Source: Nitrospira sp. (GTDB lineage: Bacteria; Nitrospirota; Nitrospiria; Nitrospirales; Nitrospiraceae). Taken from it: a stretch of DNA of 64,000 nt. Position 1 is the first letter of the stretch. Each line of letters begins with the position of its first letter. Made by a program: the position numbers and the translations under genes. Shown here piece after piece: positions 46,187 to 55,591 of the stretch. The notes under the pieces are model-generated. The model made no database searches, was not told the origin of the DNA, and was given only the letters and a program-made list of their open reading frames with translations. Location of the stretch: the NCBI GenBank assembly GCA_036376045.1, contig DASVBB010000116.1, positions 1,916 to 65,915 of the forward strand, written 5' to 3'.

Positions 46187-47029
46187 ATGGTGGGGTTTAG
46201 CGTGAACATTCTGAGGCTCAAGATCGTGTTTGCCGCGTGTGCCGGTGCCCTCGCGATCGTCAGCACGTGGCACCCAGCATATGCTGGTGACCTGTTGACC
46301 GTCGGTGCTCCGCCCAGCTTACGGCCGGCGTTCAGCGAAATCCTCCCGATGTTCGAGCGGGAATACGACGCTCCCATCAAGATCGTGTACACGCCGTCGA
46401 AAACGCTGCTGCACCAAATCGAAAAGGGCGCTCCCATCGACGTATTTCTGTCTGCGGGCAAAGAGGAAGTCGATTATCTTCACAAAAAGAAACTGACGCT
46501 CAACGGTCCTCCACGGATCTACGCGCAGACATCTCTGGTGCTCGTCATGTCGTCGGATTCGCAGGCCTCCCTGAGCTCTCTTCGGGATGCGTTGACCACT
46601 AAAAGCCTGCGCATCGCCCTAGGGGATCCCCGAACGTCTTCATTGGGCGATGCGACGGAACGGGCGCTGACCAAACTTGCGCCGTCGTACAAAACCCGCC
46701 CGAACATCGTCTACGCGGCTCACAGCGAGGACATCATGGAATTGATCCGCGCGGGCAAGGCCGACGTGGGATTGGTCTATCGCTCGGATTCGATCAACAG
46801 CGGGCACGTGCGCATGAGCGATGACGACCCCTTCGGCACGTTTGTGCCCATTCAGTTTGGACTAGCCATTGCGTCGACCTGTCGAGCTCCCTTACGGGAT
46901 GCCGCCGAAAAGTTTTCTTCGTTCCTGATGACGCCTCGCATCCAAAAACTGTTGGTGAAATACGGTTTTGACTCCGTCCCCTTGCCGGTGGCGGAACCTG
47001 CGCTCAACAAGAAGGAGAAGGTCCAATGA
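46187..47029 (+). CDS. modA: molybdate/tungstate ABC-type periplasmic binding protein (ModA-like), orphan
   Basis: Signal peptide, then LLTVGAPPSLRPAFSEILPMFEREYDAPIKIVYTPSKTLLHQIEKGAPIDVFLSAG, the ModA pattern. No modB/modC adjacent. An alternative GTG start lies at 46202. Confidence 0.72.
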   Translation: MVGFSVNILRLKIVFAACAGALAIVSTWHPAYAGDLLTVGAPPSLRPAFSEILPMFEREYDAPIKIVYTPSKTLLHQIEKGAPIDVFLSAGKEEVDYLHKKKLTLNGPPRIYAQTSLVLVMSSDSQASLSSLRDALTTKSLRIALGDPRTSSLGDATERALTKLAPSYKTRPNIVYAAHSEDIMELIRAGKADVGLVYRSDSINSGHVRMSDDDPFGTFVPIQFGLAIASTCRAPLRDAAEKFSSFLMTPRIQKLLVKYGFDSVPLPVAEPALNKKEKVQ

Positions 47030-47649
47030 GCCGTAAAGCCGTGACCCGGATGGCCGTCATTGCCACGATCGCTGGGCTCGCTGCCTCGAACATTTTCGCC
47101 GTCGAAAAGCCTGCCGGCTCGCCCGTCGAAAAGTCTTCCGGCGCGACCGTTGGCGTCGCACCCGAAACGGTTGCCGACTATTTACGGGCGGTCATCATGG
47201 CCCATCGCCATTTTTATACCATCCACATTGCCAACCGGCTTCGGCAGGAGCGCATCGTGGATGTCTCGGAAAATTGGCGTGCGAACCATGCGCTGCCGTT
47301 ACCCGTGCAACTCGTGCGGGAGACCAGCGAGATCGCCGAATTGACCGGGCCAAACGTCCGTTACCGCCTGATCAGTCAATGGCCAATTAACAAGGCCAAC
47401 GCGGCAGACACGGAATTCGAGCGGCGGGGTCTCAAGGAAATTCAGGCGCGGCCCAACAGGCCGTATTCCAGTTCCAATCCGGTGGCCGGCAGCCCCGAAC
47501 AGGTATTCGAAGCCGTGTATGCCGATATCGCTGTGACGGCTGCGTGCGTCGACTGCCACAACGCGCATCCCAGCAGCCCCAAGAAGGATTTCAAGGTGGG
47601 CGACGTCATGGGGGGGCTGGTCATCAGCTTTCCATTGGCGAAAAAATGA
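47026..47649 (+). CDS. DUF3365 (Tll0287-like) protein with c-type haem motif
   Basis: ATGA overlap with the ModA-like gene. Signal peptide. ADYLRAVIMAHRHFYT...LPLPVQ and CVDCHNAHP (CxxCH) near the C-terminus. Confidence 0.7.
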   Translation: MSRKAVTRMAVIATIAGLAASNIFAVEKPAGSPVEKSSGATVGVAPETVADYLRAVIMAHRHFYTIHIANRLRQERIVDVSENWRANHALPLPVQLVRETSEIAELTGPNVRYRLISQWPINKANAADTEFERRGLKEIQARPNRPYSSSNPVAGSPEQVFEAVYADIAVTAACVDCHNAHPSSPKKDFKVGDVMGGLVISFPLAKK

Positions 47650-47827
47650 GCGGAGGCGTGACATGTGCGTGCTTACTTATCCGCTCTGCGCATGAATGTG
47701 CCTAACCCGTCCTTGTTCAGATTCTCCACCAGCACCCGCGAGGCTTTGCCGGTGCCGTCTATCGTAAACGTTTGTTCCACGGTTGACGGTTGATAGAAGC
47801 GTTCAGTCAGGCGAGTGTCTGTGTGGC

Positions 47828-48688
47828 TCAGCGCTGAGGCTTCGTGAGGTAGCGATACATCCCTTCCACATTTTCCGGGAACCAGTCGGCATAGCGGCTC
47901 CAACTCTCGTATTTGGGGAGCTGAACGGCCTTCTTGGTTTCGTCGAGACTGGCGCCCTTCTTGACCTGCTCGAGTACGGCGGCTCTAAGGTCTTCGAGAT
48001 AGCGGCGGAACATTCTGACATGTTCTTTTTTGCCGATCTTGCCGTGGCCGGGCACCAGCGTGTCGAACTCCAATTGCTCGACCCGCTTGAGCGATTCGAT
48101 CCAGTCGTCGGGATAGTCGCTTCGCATGGTGCGGTACGCCATCGTCTCGACCGGGATAAAATCCACGGCGAACAGGAGCCTGTGCTGCGGCAACAGCACG
48201 ACCAGGCTGTTGTCCGAATGGTTTTTGCCCGTGTAAATCAGCTCGACGTGTTTGCCGCCGAGGTCGATGAACATCCGGTCCGTGAAGGTGAGCGTAGGGA
48301 CGGGAGTCGTCGGGTCCGCCGCGTCGACAATATACGGCAGAGCGGCTGCCTGGCTGATGAAAACGGCCTGATCGGCAAACGCCTTGCCGCCGGTGATGTG
48401 ATCGCTGTGGTGGTGGCTGTACACCACATAGCGCACGGGCTTGTCCGTGAGTTTGGCGATTTCCGCCCTCAACCAGGTCGCCGCTTCGGCGCTGATCGGA
48501 TCCGTGACGATTACGCCTTCGGAGGTCGTGAGGAAAATGGCTTGATGAAATTGATGACGGAAGAGATACACATCATCGGCCAGCTTGGTGATCTCATCGT
48601 CCGGATGTGAGGGTTGGGCTGCCACGTCGAGTGCAGGAACCAAGAGCCAACCGATGAGCACTAATGTGAACCATCTGGAGAAGGACAT
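47828..48688 (-). CDS. secreted MBL-fold metallo-hydrolase
   Basis: Trimmed to ATG 48688 (MSFSRWFTLVLIGWLLVPALDVAA). HxHxDH motif YSHHHSDHITGG. Confidence 0.8.
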   Translation of the reverse strand: MSFSRWFTLVLIGWLLVPALDVAAQPSHPDDEITKLADDVYLFRHQFHQAIFLTTSEGVIVTDPISAEAATWLRAEIAKLTDKPVRYVVYSHHHSDHITGGKAFADQAVFISQAAALPYIVDAADPTTPVPTLTFTDRMFIDLGGKHVELIYTGKNHSDNSLVVLLPQHRLLFAVDFIPVETMAYRTMRSDYPDDWIESLKRVEQLEFDTLVPGHGKIGKKEHVRMFRRYLEDLRAAVLEQVKKGASLDETKKAVQLPKYESWSRYADWFPENVEGMYRYLTKPQR

Positions 48689-48876
48689 GCGAGCCTCCAC
48701 AACACCACGGTTGTTGCACCGTCGCCGAGGTCGACACCGCGCAGGAGATGACAATTTACAGAGCGGGGACAAACGAAGCAAGGAGGCGATGGACGGCGTC
48801 GACGGTTGTACGGAGGGGCGGAAGTTGATATTCTCCGCCGGCCTTATCGCATTCAATCGTATCGAGGGAGTGCAAC

Positions 48877-49449
48877 ATGAGAATTCGACGATTGGCAGGG
48901 CTGGTGATTCTGATCTTCGCGTGCATCGACGCCGGCCAGCTTGATTGCAGAGCCCAAGCGCCGCTGCCTCCGTCCTCGACGGCTCCGTCGATCCCTAGCC
49001 CCAACAGCGCCCAAACGATTGCCGCTCACATTCAAGCCCTGGCCTCGCAGATCTCGTCACTCAATGAAGAGATCACCGTCCTCCGTACGCAATTAGAACA
49101 TCTGCGAGTCACAAAGCCCCAGCCGCCGCCTAACGATGCCTCGCCGGCCGTCAAGACGGCCTATGCCAATGCGCTGCAGGTGTGGAACAATCAGATGCAG
49201 GCCGCAGAGCAGCGGATACAGACGCTTCAGGCTCGAATCGATGCGCTGGAAAACGAGCTGACCCGGCTCGCATCCCAAGTGGCGGCGGCGCAACGGACAG
49301 AGGTTGCGAAACAGCAGGCGGCGCTCGCAACAGCCAAGAACAACCTGAACCAAGCGATAGTGGTGGCTGCCGGCCTGAAGCCGGCTCCGACCAAGCCCGG
49401 TGCGAAGACAGGCGCAGGATCTCTTGCTCCGGCGTCGGGTCTGCCGTAG
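48877..49449 (+). CDS. secreted coiled-coil protein with Pro-rich linkers
   Basis: Signal peptide, then Ala/Gln/Leu heptad-like stretches (IAAHIQALASQISSLNEEITVLRTQLEHL; QMQAAEQRIQTLQARIDALENELTRLASQVAAAQ) separated by PQPPPNDASP. Pro/Ala/Gly tail. Confidence 0.55.
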   Translation: MRIRRLAGLVILIFACIDAGQLDCRAQAPLPPSSTAPSIPSPNSAQTIAAHIQALASQISSLNEEITVLRTQLEHLRVTKPQPPPNDASPAVKTAYANALQVWNNQMQAAEQRIQTLQARIDALENELTRLASQVAAAQRTEVAKQQAALATAKNNLNQAIVVAAGLKPAPTKPGAKTGAGSLAPASGLP

Positions 49450-49465
49450 GAAGGCAACCACTCTT

Positions 49466-49903
49466 TCAAGGATGCCATTCGGCCAATTCCACCGTAATGC
49501 CTTCAGGCCCGGAAAGAAACACGAGCTTCCTGGCGTGAAAATCCATGATCTCATTTCGTAGCGTCACGCCCTGGCTGGTCAACCGCTTGACCTCTGCATC
49601 CAAATCGGTCACCGCGAAGCAGATATGGTTGTACCCGGGCTTCGCCAGGTTCTCGACATCGGCATCGGGCAGGTGCTCAGGCCGGATGTAGCGCAGCAGT
49701 TGAATTTCGAATCGGGAACCGGCCTGCTTCGACACCAGCGTGACGTGTTCGGCTTCGATCCCTTCTACCCCCATGTAGCGGGCGAACATCGTTCCGGAAA
49801 TGACGACCGATTTCTCCTCGACGAATCCAAGAAGCGCAAAGAATCTCTTCGCCTGAGCGACATCCCGCACCACGACGGTCACGTGATCGATATGTAGAAT
49901 CAT
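49466..49903 (-). CDS. VOC (glyoxalase) family protein
   Basis: Trimmed to ATG 49903 (MILHIDHVTVVVRDVAQAKRFFALLGF...HICFAVTDLDAEV...). The 5' extension of the listed 376-aa ORF is antisense to the SulP gene and Arg/Asp/His-rich. Confidence 0.78.
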   Translation of the reverse strand: MILHIDHVTVVVRDVAQAKRFFALLGFVEEKSVVISGTMFARYMGVEGIEAEHVTLVSKQAGSRFEIQLLRYIRPEHLPDADVENLAKPGYNHICFAVTDLDAEVKRLTSQGVTLRNEIMDFHARKLVFLSGPEGITVELAEWHP

Positions 49904-50020
49904 CGCCGGAGAATTGTACGTCTCCAAGGTGGAAACGTCTACGGCCGCGCCGTCGATAGCATAGCTCCACGCTCGCTTTATGAAGTCCGTAAGGGTATCC
50001 TTCGACCATCTAGCTGACGC

Positions 50021-51736
50021 ATGCTCCACACCGCCGCCACGCCGGAGACGCACTGGAAGGCCGTCATTGGCCGCTGGGCACCGGGTCTGTCTCAACTCCT
50101 TCCCTATCGTGTGGAATGGTTCCGCGATGACCTGGTCGCTGGAGTGTCCGTTGCGGCAGTGGCGGTGCCGACCGCGATCGCGTACGCGCAGCTCATCGGG
50201 TTTGATCCGATTGTCGGCCTCTATGCCGCTATCCTTCCGTTGATCGCCTACGCGTGCTTCGGAACGTCGCGCCAACTCATCGTCAATCCCGATGCGGCGA
50301 CCTGCGCCGTCTTTGCCGCCACGGTGTTGCCGCTTGCCGCCGGTAATCACGAAGCGTTGAGTGCGATATCCGTTGCCCTGGCGGTGTTGACGGGCATCGT
50401 ATGCATCGCGGCAGGGCTGTTCAAACTCGGATTCGTGGCGGACTTTCTCGGAAAACCGATCCTTGTCGGCTATCTCAACGGGGTCGCCATCAGCATTTTT
50501 CTTGGGCAGATCGGGAAGGTGTTCGGGTTCCCGATGCACACGCGCGGTATCGTTCCGCGGCTCATCGAGTTGATCGGAAAACTGCCTCACACGCATCTGC
50601 CCACGCTGAGCATCGGCCTGACAACGCTTGTGGTCGTGCTGGCCGGCAAGTACTGGTGGCCGCGCGCACCGGTGCCGCTGGCGGCCATGGTGCTGGCGGG
50701 GTCATTGGTGTACGGGCTGGGCATGGAAGCCGGCGGTGTGGCGGTGGTAGGTCTCCTGCCCGGCGGACTTCCGGAACTAACCTGGCCAGACTTCGATCAC
50801 GAACTGCTGAAGCCTCTCCTTGGCGGCGCGTTAGGCGTCGCCCTCGTGAGTTTCAGCAGCGGTATGGTGACGGCGAGAAGTTTCGCTGCGCGGAATCGCT
50901 ATGAGATCGACGTCGACCGGGAGTTCATCGCGCTGGGGACCTGTCAAATCGCGGCGGGACTCTCACAAGGGTTTGCCGTCACCGGAGCAGATTCTCGCAC
51001 CGCAGTCAACGATGCGATGGGGGGCAAGACGCAGATGGTCAGCATCGTTGCCGCGGTCATGATGACGGGGGTGTTGGTCTTCCTCACGGAACCGTTGCAC
51101 TATCTTCCCGTGGCAGCGCTGGGAGCGGTCTTGATCGTGGCCGCGATCGGTCTCTTCGACCTGGCCGGATTGCGGCAGATGTGGCGGGTCAACCGGGCGG
51201 AGTGCGGGCTCTCCCTGCTGACCACACTGGGGGTGATCTGGCTTGACCTTCTGCACGGGATTCTCCTGGCAGTCCTGGCGGCGCTACTCTTACTGATCAA
51301 GCGGAACTCCCGACCACCGGATGCGATTTTGGGACGTGTGCCGGGAATGAAGGGCTGGCACGCGCAGGCTGACCATGAGGATGCGGTCAGCCCACCGGGG
51401 TTACTGGTGTACCGGTTCGGCGCATCGATCGTCTTTTTCAACGCGGGGTACTTTAGAAAACGCGTGTTGGAGCTTGTCAGGAGCCACCCCGGCCTCCAGT
51501 GGTTGATTCTGGATGGCGGTACGATCAATCTGGTCGATGTCACCGGAGCGGAAATGCTCGGATCACTGACTCAAGAGTTGTCCTCACGGAGCATCCGTTT
51601 CGGCCTGGCGAACGCGCGGAGGGACGTACGAACCACTCTTGAACGTGCGGGGGTCGCGACGCACATCGGGCCTGAATTCATGTTTCACACGCTGAACAGC
51701 GCCAGCGATGCGTTCACTTCCAGGGCCCATCCGTGA
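50021..51736 (+). CDS. SulP family inorganic anion transporter with C-terminal STAS domain
   Basis: 571 aa. WFRDDLVAGVSVAAVAVPTAIAYAQL, multiple TM segments, and a STAS-like C-terminus (LLVYRFGASIVFFNAGYF...LILDGGTINLVDVTGAEML). Confidence 0.88.
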   Translation: MLHTAATPETHWKAVIGRWAPGLSQLLPYRVEWFRDDLVAGVSVAAVAVPTAIAYAQLIGFDPIVGLYAAILPLIAYACFGTSRQLIVNPDAATCAVFAATVLPLAAGNHEALSAISVALAVLTGIVCIAAGLFKLGFVADFLGKPILVGYLNGVAISIFLGQIGKVFGFPMHTRGIVPRLIELIGKLPHTHLPTLSIGLTTLVVVLAGKYWWPRAPVPLAAMVLAGSLVYGLGMEAGGVAVVGLLPGGLPELTWPDFDHELLKPLLGGALGVALVSFSSGMVTARSFAARNRYEIDVDREFIALGTCQIAAGLSQGFAVTGADSRTAVNDAMGGKTQMVSIVAAVMMTGVLVFLTEPLHYLPVAALGAVLIVAAIGLFDLAGLRQMWRVNRAECGLSLLTTLGVIWLDLLHGILLAVLAALLLLIKRNSRPPDAILGRVPGMKGWHAQADHEDAVSPPGLLVYRFGASIVFFNAGYFRKRVLELVRSHPGLQWLILDGGTINLVDVTGAEMLGSLTQELSSRSIRFGLANARRDVRTTLERAGVATHIGPEFMFHTLNSASDAFTSRAHP

Positions 51737-51737
51737 G

Positions 51738-52358
51738 CTACCGGACCGGGATCGAATCGGTCTGGCCGGCCGTGCACATCAACGTCGAAGGAATATCGAG
51801 TTGACCGGATGGACGGAAGCCCCACGCGGTGGCGAGGGCCTGACATGCGAGGCCTCGAAGTGTCTTGTCGTTGCGATTGACGCAGTGGGGGTAATGGGCA
51901 TTGCCGCGCAGCGCCAAGTCTCCGTTCTCTGCCGACAATCCCCGTACATCGACATTCACGTTGAAGAGCGAGCCGCAGTCCGACTCGAGCAGCGTCCCAT
52001 CCTTGGTGGCGTCCTCCTCGAGAAAGAGGACCACCTGCGCCTTCATCTCCCGTGCAACGGCCAGTGCCGCTTTGCGGGTGGAAAAATTGTGGGCAATCTG
52101 AGGGGACCGGACTGGATGCGTCTCGGGCATCGAGAGATTCGAATAGTGATGCGCCTGGAGCCATTCCACCGCTATCTCGATCAGCGGTGGATCGGCCCAA
52201 ACGAGAATCGGCTGGTCGGTGGCCGGCAGGTTGGTGTGGGAACCGCTGGCGATGGGGAACCGGACGCCAGCAGGCGGGGGCTTCGACGGACATCCCTGTA
52301 GAAACAGCAGGCCGAAGAGCACGCACAGGATGTGGACAGTTGGGCGGGAGTGTCTCAT
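51738..52358 (-). CDS. lipoprotein of unknown function
   Basis: Start ATG 52358. Lipobox GLLFLQGC. The mature part contains several Cys. Confidence 0.6.
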   Translation of the reverse strand: MRHSRPTVHILCVLFGLLFLQGCPSKPPPAGVRFPIASGSHTNLPATDQPILVWADPPLIEIAVEWLQAHHYSNLSMPETHPVRSPQIAHNFSTRKAALAVAREMKAQVVLFLEEDATKDGTLLESDCGSLFNVNVDVRGLSAENGDLALRGNAHYPHCVNRNDKTLRGLACQALATAWGFRPSGQLDIPSTLMCTAGQTDSIPVR

Positions 52359-52564
52359 GCCGTATCGATCTTCTTGCACGGATTGTGACTTTCTTCTACG
52401 GCAAGCGCAACCCTAGGACTCCCGCAGCCTCCTTGTAATGCCATGCCGCCGCCGGTATAGTCCGGGTGGACAGGGGATGGGGTCCCCCGGATAACCGCCA
52501 CGTTCTGTGGCTGATGACTCCTACGCCATAGCCCCGCGTAGACATCATTATCTGGGAGGACTTC

Positions 52565-53770
52565 ATGGAACACGCCTTTACGATTGCGTTCTTGTGGCTC
52601 GTTCTCGCCGTCGGTTCCGCACTGCTTGCTTCCGCCATCGGTCTTTCAATCGCGCTCGTTGAAATTTGCGTCGGCGTGGCTGCCAGCGCCGCGCTCATGG
52701 CAGTGAATGCCGGAGATCTGCTTGCCGCGAACTCGGACTGGCTTCGTTTCCTGGCGACCACCGGCGCCGTGCTGCTCACTTTTCTGGCCGGAGCCGAGCT
52801 CGATCCCGCCGTCATGAGGACGAAGCTGGTGGAAGTGAACGTGGTGGGCGCCGTCGGGTTTTTTGCCCCGTTTCTCGGCTGCGCGGCGCTCGCCTACTAC
52901 GGTCTCGGTTGGGACTCAAACGCCAGTTGGCTCGCCGGCATCGCACTCTCCACGACCTCCATGGCCGTGGTATACGCGGTCATGCTGGAGACGGGTCTCA
53001 ATCAGACGGAGTTCGGCAAGGGAATTCTCGGGGCGTGCTTCATTAACGATCTCGGAACGGTCATTGCCCTGGGATTGTTGTTTTCTCCGTTCACGTACAA
53101 AACCCTTCTGTTCGTGGTGATCACGGGAGTCACGCTTGCCGCGCTGCCGGGACTCACCGCCTGGCTGACACATCACTACGGTCATCGCACTGCAGCGATC
53201 CGGACCAAATGGATTATGTTGATCCTGTTTGGCCTGGGCGCGCTCGCCCTCTGGGCCGGTAGCGAGGCGGTCTTGCCGGCCTATCTCGCCGGAATGATCC
53301 TGGCGGGACGGGCCACAAAGGATGCCCACTGGATGCGGCGGATGCGCACACTCACCGTCGGCTTTCTCACGCCGTTTTATTTCCTCCGGGCCGGGACGCT
53401 CGTGAGCCTTCCAGCCTTGTTGGGAGCACCGATCGTGTTCCTTGTCTTGTTGGCGGGAAAAGTCGCTTCCAAGATCTTCGGTTTATATCCGTTGATCGGG
53501 GTGTTCCGCCAGGACGCGAAGGAACGATGGTATTACACCCTCTTGATGTCGACCGGACTCACATTCGGGACGATTTCTGCGCTATTCGGATTGGCCCATG
53601 GATTGATCTCGCAGGAACAGTACTCCTACCTGGTCGCCGCAGTCATCGCCAGCGCGGTCGTGCCGACGATCATTGCAGGCACGGCCTTTCTTCCGGTTCA
53701 CTTGATCCCGGAGCGAAGCCAGGAAGCGGTCCGCATGCATCGCGAACGTGCCCTTGGCGAAGAAGGGTAG
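52565..53770 (+). CDS. cation:proton antiporter (CPA2/Kef-type membrane domain)
   Basis: 401 aa, ~12 TM. LLTFLAGAELD and the general Na+/H+ exchanger pattern. Confidence 0.8.
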   Translation: MEHAFTIAFLWLVLAVGSALLASAIGLSIALVEICVGVAASAALMAVNAGDLLAANSDWLRFLATTGAVLLTFLAGAELDPAVMRTKLVEVNVVGAVGFFAPFLGCAALAYYGLGWDSNASWLAGIALSTTSMAVVYAVMLETGLNQTEFGKGILGACFINDLGTVIALGLLFSPFTYKTLLFVVITGVTLAALPGLTAWLTHHYGHRTAAIRTKWIMLILFGLGALALWAGSEAVLPAYLAGMILAGRATKDAHWMRRMRTLTVGFLTPFYFLRAGTLVSLPALLGAPIVFLVLLAGKVASKIFGLYPLIGVFRQDAKERWYYTLLMSTGLTFGTISALFGLAHGLISQEQYSYLVAAVIASAVVPTIIAGTAFLPVHLIPERSQEAVRMHRERALGEEG

Positions 53771-53855
53771 CGTAGACCTTTCCCGGTCAGTTCAGGCATG
53801 CTGAAGAGGACTGTTCCCGGACCGAACGTTCGACCTGATCTGAAGGACCGACGCC

Positions 53856-54845
53856 ATGGCGCGATCTTCCCGACCCGCAGAGGCACCCCGCCGGTACGTG
53901 CCTTCACGCCAACGCGAGAGTCCGTTCCACCCGCGAACGTTGTGGACACTGCTCCGCAAGACCGTGTCCAAGTGGAACGATGATCCGACTCTGCGATTTG
54001 GCGCAGGGTTGGCCTTCTATACGGCATTTGCCGTGGTGCCCTTGGTGTTCGTCGTCGTGGAGCTGGCGACGGTCGTCCTCGGGCGAGGGGTTGCGGAAGG
54101 ACTGTTGTTGGAGGAGATCCAACGGCTCATCGGGGAGCAAGGCGCGCAGGCCGTCGGGCAACTGCTCGACAACTGGCAGAAAAACGGCGTAGGTCGACTG
54201 GCCACGGTGGTGGAGGTGGCCACACTGTTCTTCGCTCTGGCCGGAGCCTTTGACCAGCTGCAGGACGCCTTGAACTGGATTTGGGGAGTCGAACCGAAAG
54301 CACAGGGCGGCATTCTGAACCGGGTGCGTCATCGGTTCCTGTCGATACTCGGCGTCCTCGGGACCGCCTTTCTTCTGCTGGTGTCGCTCATCATGACGGC
54401 CGGAGGAAAAGCCTTCGTCTCGCATCTCCCCGGGACTGAATTCGTGAACCAGAGCATTGTCAGCGTGACCTCGTTTGTGTCCGTCACGCTCCTGTTCGCG
54501 ATGATCTTCAAGCTGCTGCCCAAAGCGAAGATCGCCTGGGCGGATGTCTGGATCGGCGCCGCGGCCACTGCGATCCTCTTTTCCATCGGCAAATGGGTGA
54601 TCCTTCTGTACCTCGGCAAGACGCTCATCGTCTCCCTCTACGGAAGCGCCGCTCCGCTGGTGATCATTCTGCTCTGGGCCTTCTATTCCTCCCAGATCCT
54701 GCTGTTTGGCGCAGAATTCACCGCGGTATATGCCAGCGACTGCGGTTCGCGATTGGTCGCGACGGAGGATGCCGTGGCGGTCGGGGAGCCGGCCAAGAGC
54801 AATGAGGCAGAGCAGGAGGCACGCCGCCGTCCTGGCGGCCGGTAA
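53856..54845 (+). CDS. YihY/BrkB family membrane protein
   Basis: WNDDPTLRFGAGLAFYTAFAVVPL, six TM segments and YSSQILLFGAEFTAVY near the C-terminus. Confidence 0.8.
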   Translation: MARSSRPAEAPRRYVPSRQRESPFHPRTLWTLLRKTVSKWNDDPTLRFGAGLAFYTAFAVVPLVFVVVELATVVLGRGVAEGLLLEEIQRLIGEQGAQAVGQLLDNWQKNGVGRLATVVEVATLFFALAGAFDQLQDALNWIWGVEPKAQGGILNRVRHRFLSILGVLGTAFLLLVSLIMTAGGKAFVSHLPGTEFVNQSIVSVTSFVSVTLLFAMIFKLLPKAKIAWADVWIGAAATAILFSIGKWVILLYLGKTLIVSLYGSAAPLVIILLWAFYSSQILLFGAEFTAVYASDCGSRLVATEDAVAVGEPAKSNEAEQEARRRPGGR

Positions 54846-54869
54846 CTCCTGGCAGGCTCAGCCATCGAG

Positions 54870-55220
54870 ATGCCTACGACAGAACACACCGCACCGAGTT
54901 CCTTTCGATTGATCCAGTGGGCCCCCTTCGCCATTGCAATCGTCCTGATCTTCTCGATGATGTCTGATACGGAAGAGTGGTTGTACGTCGCGGCTGTGCT
55001 CGGGGTACTGGCGTCGGTCGCGGTCGGCCGGACCTCCGGACCGCCGGCGCTGATCCCGATGCGCCCGCGCATGGTCAATTTTGCCAAGGGGTGGGGCTTC
55101 ATCGTGGCTGGTGCCTCTCTCAGTCTTCTCCATGGGAGATGGCAGCCGATGGTCTTCTTCGCCCTCGTCGGCCTGGTCTCATCGGGTTTGTTTTGGCTCG
55201 GTTGCCGGTCGAGCCGGTAG
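54870..55220 (+). CDS. small membrane protein (116 aa, ~4 TM)
   Basis: Hydrophobic segments APFAIAIVLIFSMM, LYVAAVLGVLASVAV, GWGFIVAGASLSLL and MVFFALVGLVSSGLFWL. No family recognised. Confidence 0.45.
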   Translation: MPTTEHTAPSSFRLIQWAPFAIAIVLIFSMMSDTEEWLYVAAVLGVLASVAVGRTSGPPALIPMRPRMVNFAKGWGFIVAGASLSLLHGRWQPMVFFALVGLVSSGLFWLGCRSSR

Positions 55221-55301
55221 TTGGCCAATTTCCAGGGACGCCACGAGTGTGCATCCTGTTGCGATTGAGGTACTTGTCTTGACGCTGAGGGGAGGAAGAA
55301 G

Positions 55302-55502
55302 TTGAAGGAAATGAGCGGGGACATCAAAGCCTTTTATCTGACCACAGGACCGTATGACATGTTGGCCATCATCGAGGTGCCGAACGATGCGACCCTGGCA
55401 GCGCACCTCTTGTGGCTCGGTTCGCAAGGCAACCTTCGAACCCAGACGGTAAAAGCGTTCACCGAGGATGAATTTCGAGGCATTGTCGGCAAACTACCAT
55501 AG
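55302..55502 (+). CDS. GYD-domain protein, N-terminally truncated
   Basis: 66-aa ORF starting at TTG. IKAFYLTTGPYDMLAIIEVPNDATLAAHLLWLGSQGNLRTQTVKAFTEDEF matches the C-terminal two-thirds of GYD proteins. An in-frame TGA lies 15 nt upstream. Confidence 0.55.
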   Translation: MKEMSGDIKAFYLTTGPYDMLAIIEVPNDATLAAHLLWLGSQGNLRTQTVKAFTEDEFRGIVGKLP

Positions 55503-55591
55503 ATGTCTCGAGGCAGGGGTGGGGCCGGGCGCAACGCATCGGTATGACGCGCCATGACTTCGGCTACAACAATGTCTAACGGGGGTGACTC

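Noticed and set aside
47673-47903. 76-aa minus-strand ORF downstream of the MBL hydrolase
   Set aside because: Its first third overlaps the 3' end of the MBL gene in another frame, and the non-overlapping part has no good start or RBS. The tail (TVEQTFTIDGTGKASRVLVENLNKDGLGTF) looks protein-like, so it might be a gene remnant, but support is insufficient.
49904-50596. 5' extension making the VOC gene a 376-aa ORF
   Set aside because: The extension is antisense to the well-supported SulP transporter and is Arg/Asp/His-rich. The VOC domain begins cleanly at MILHIDHVTVV (ATG 49903).
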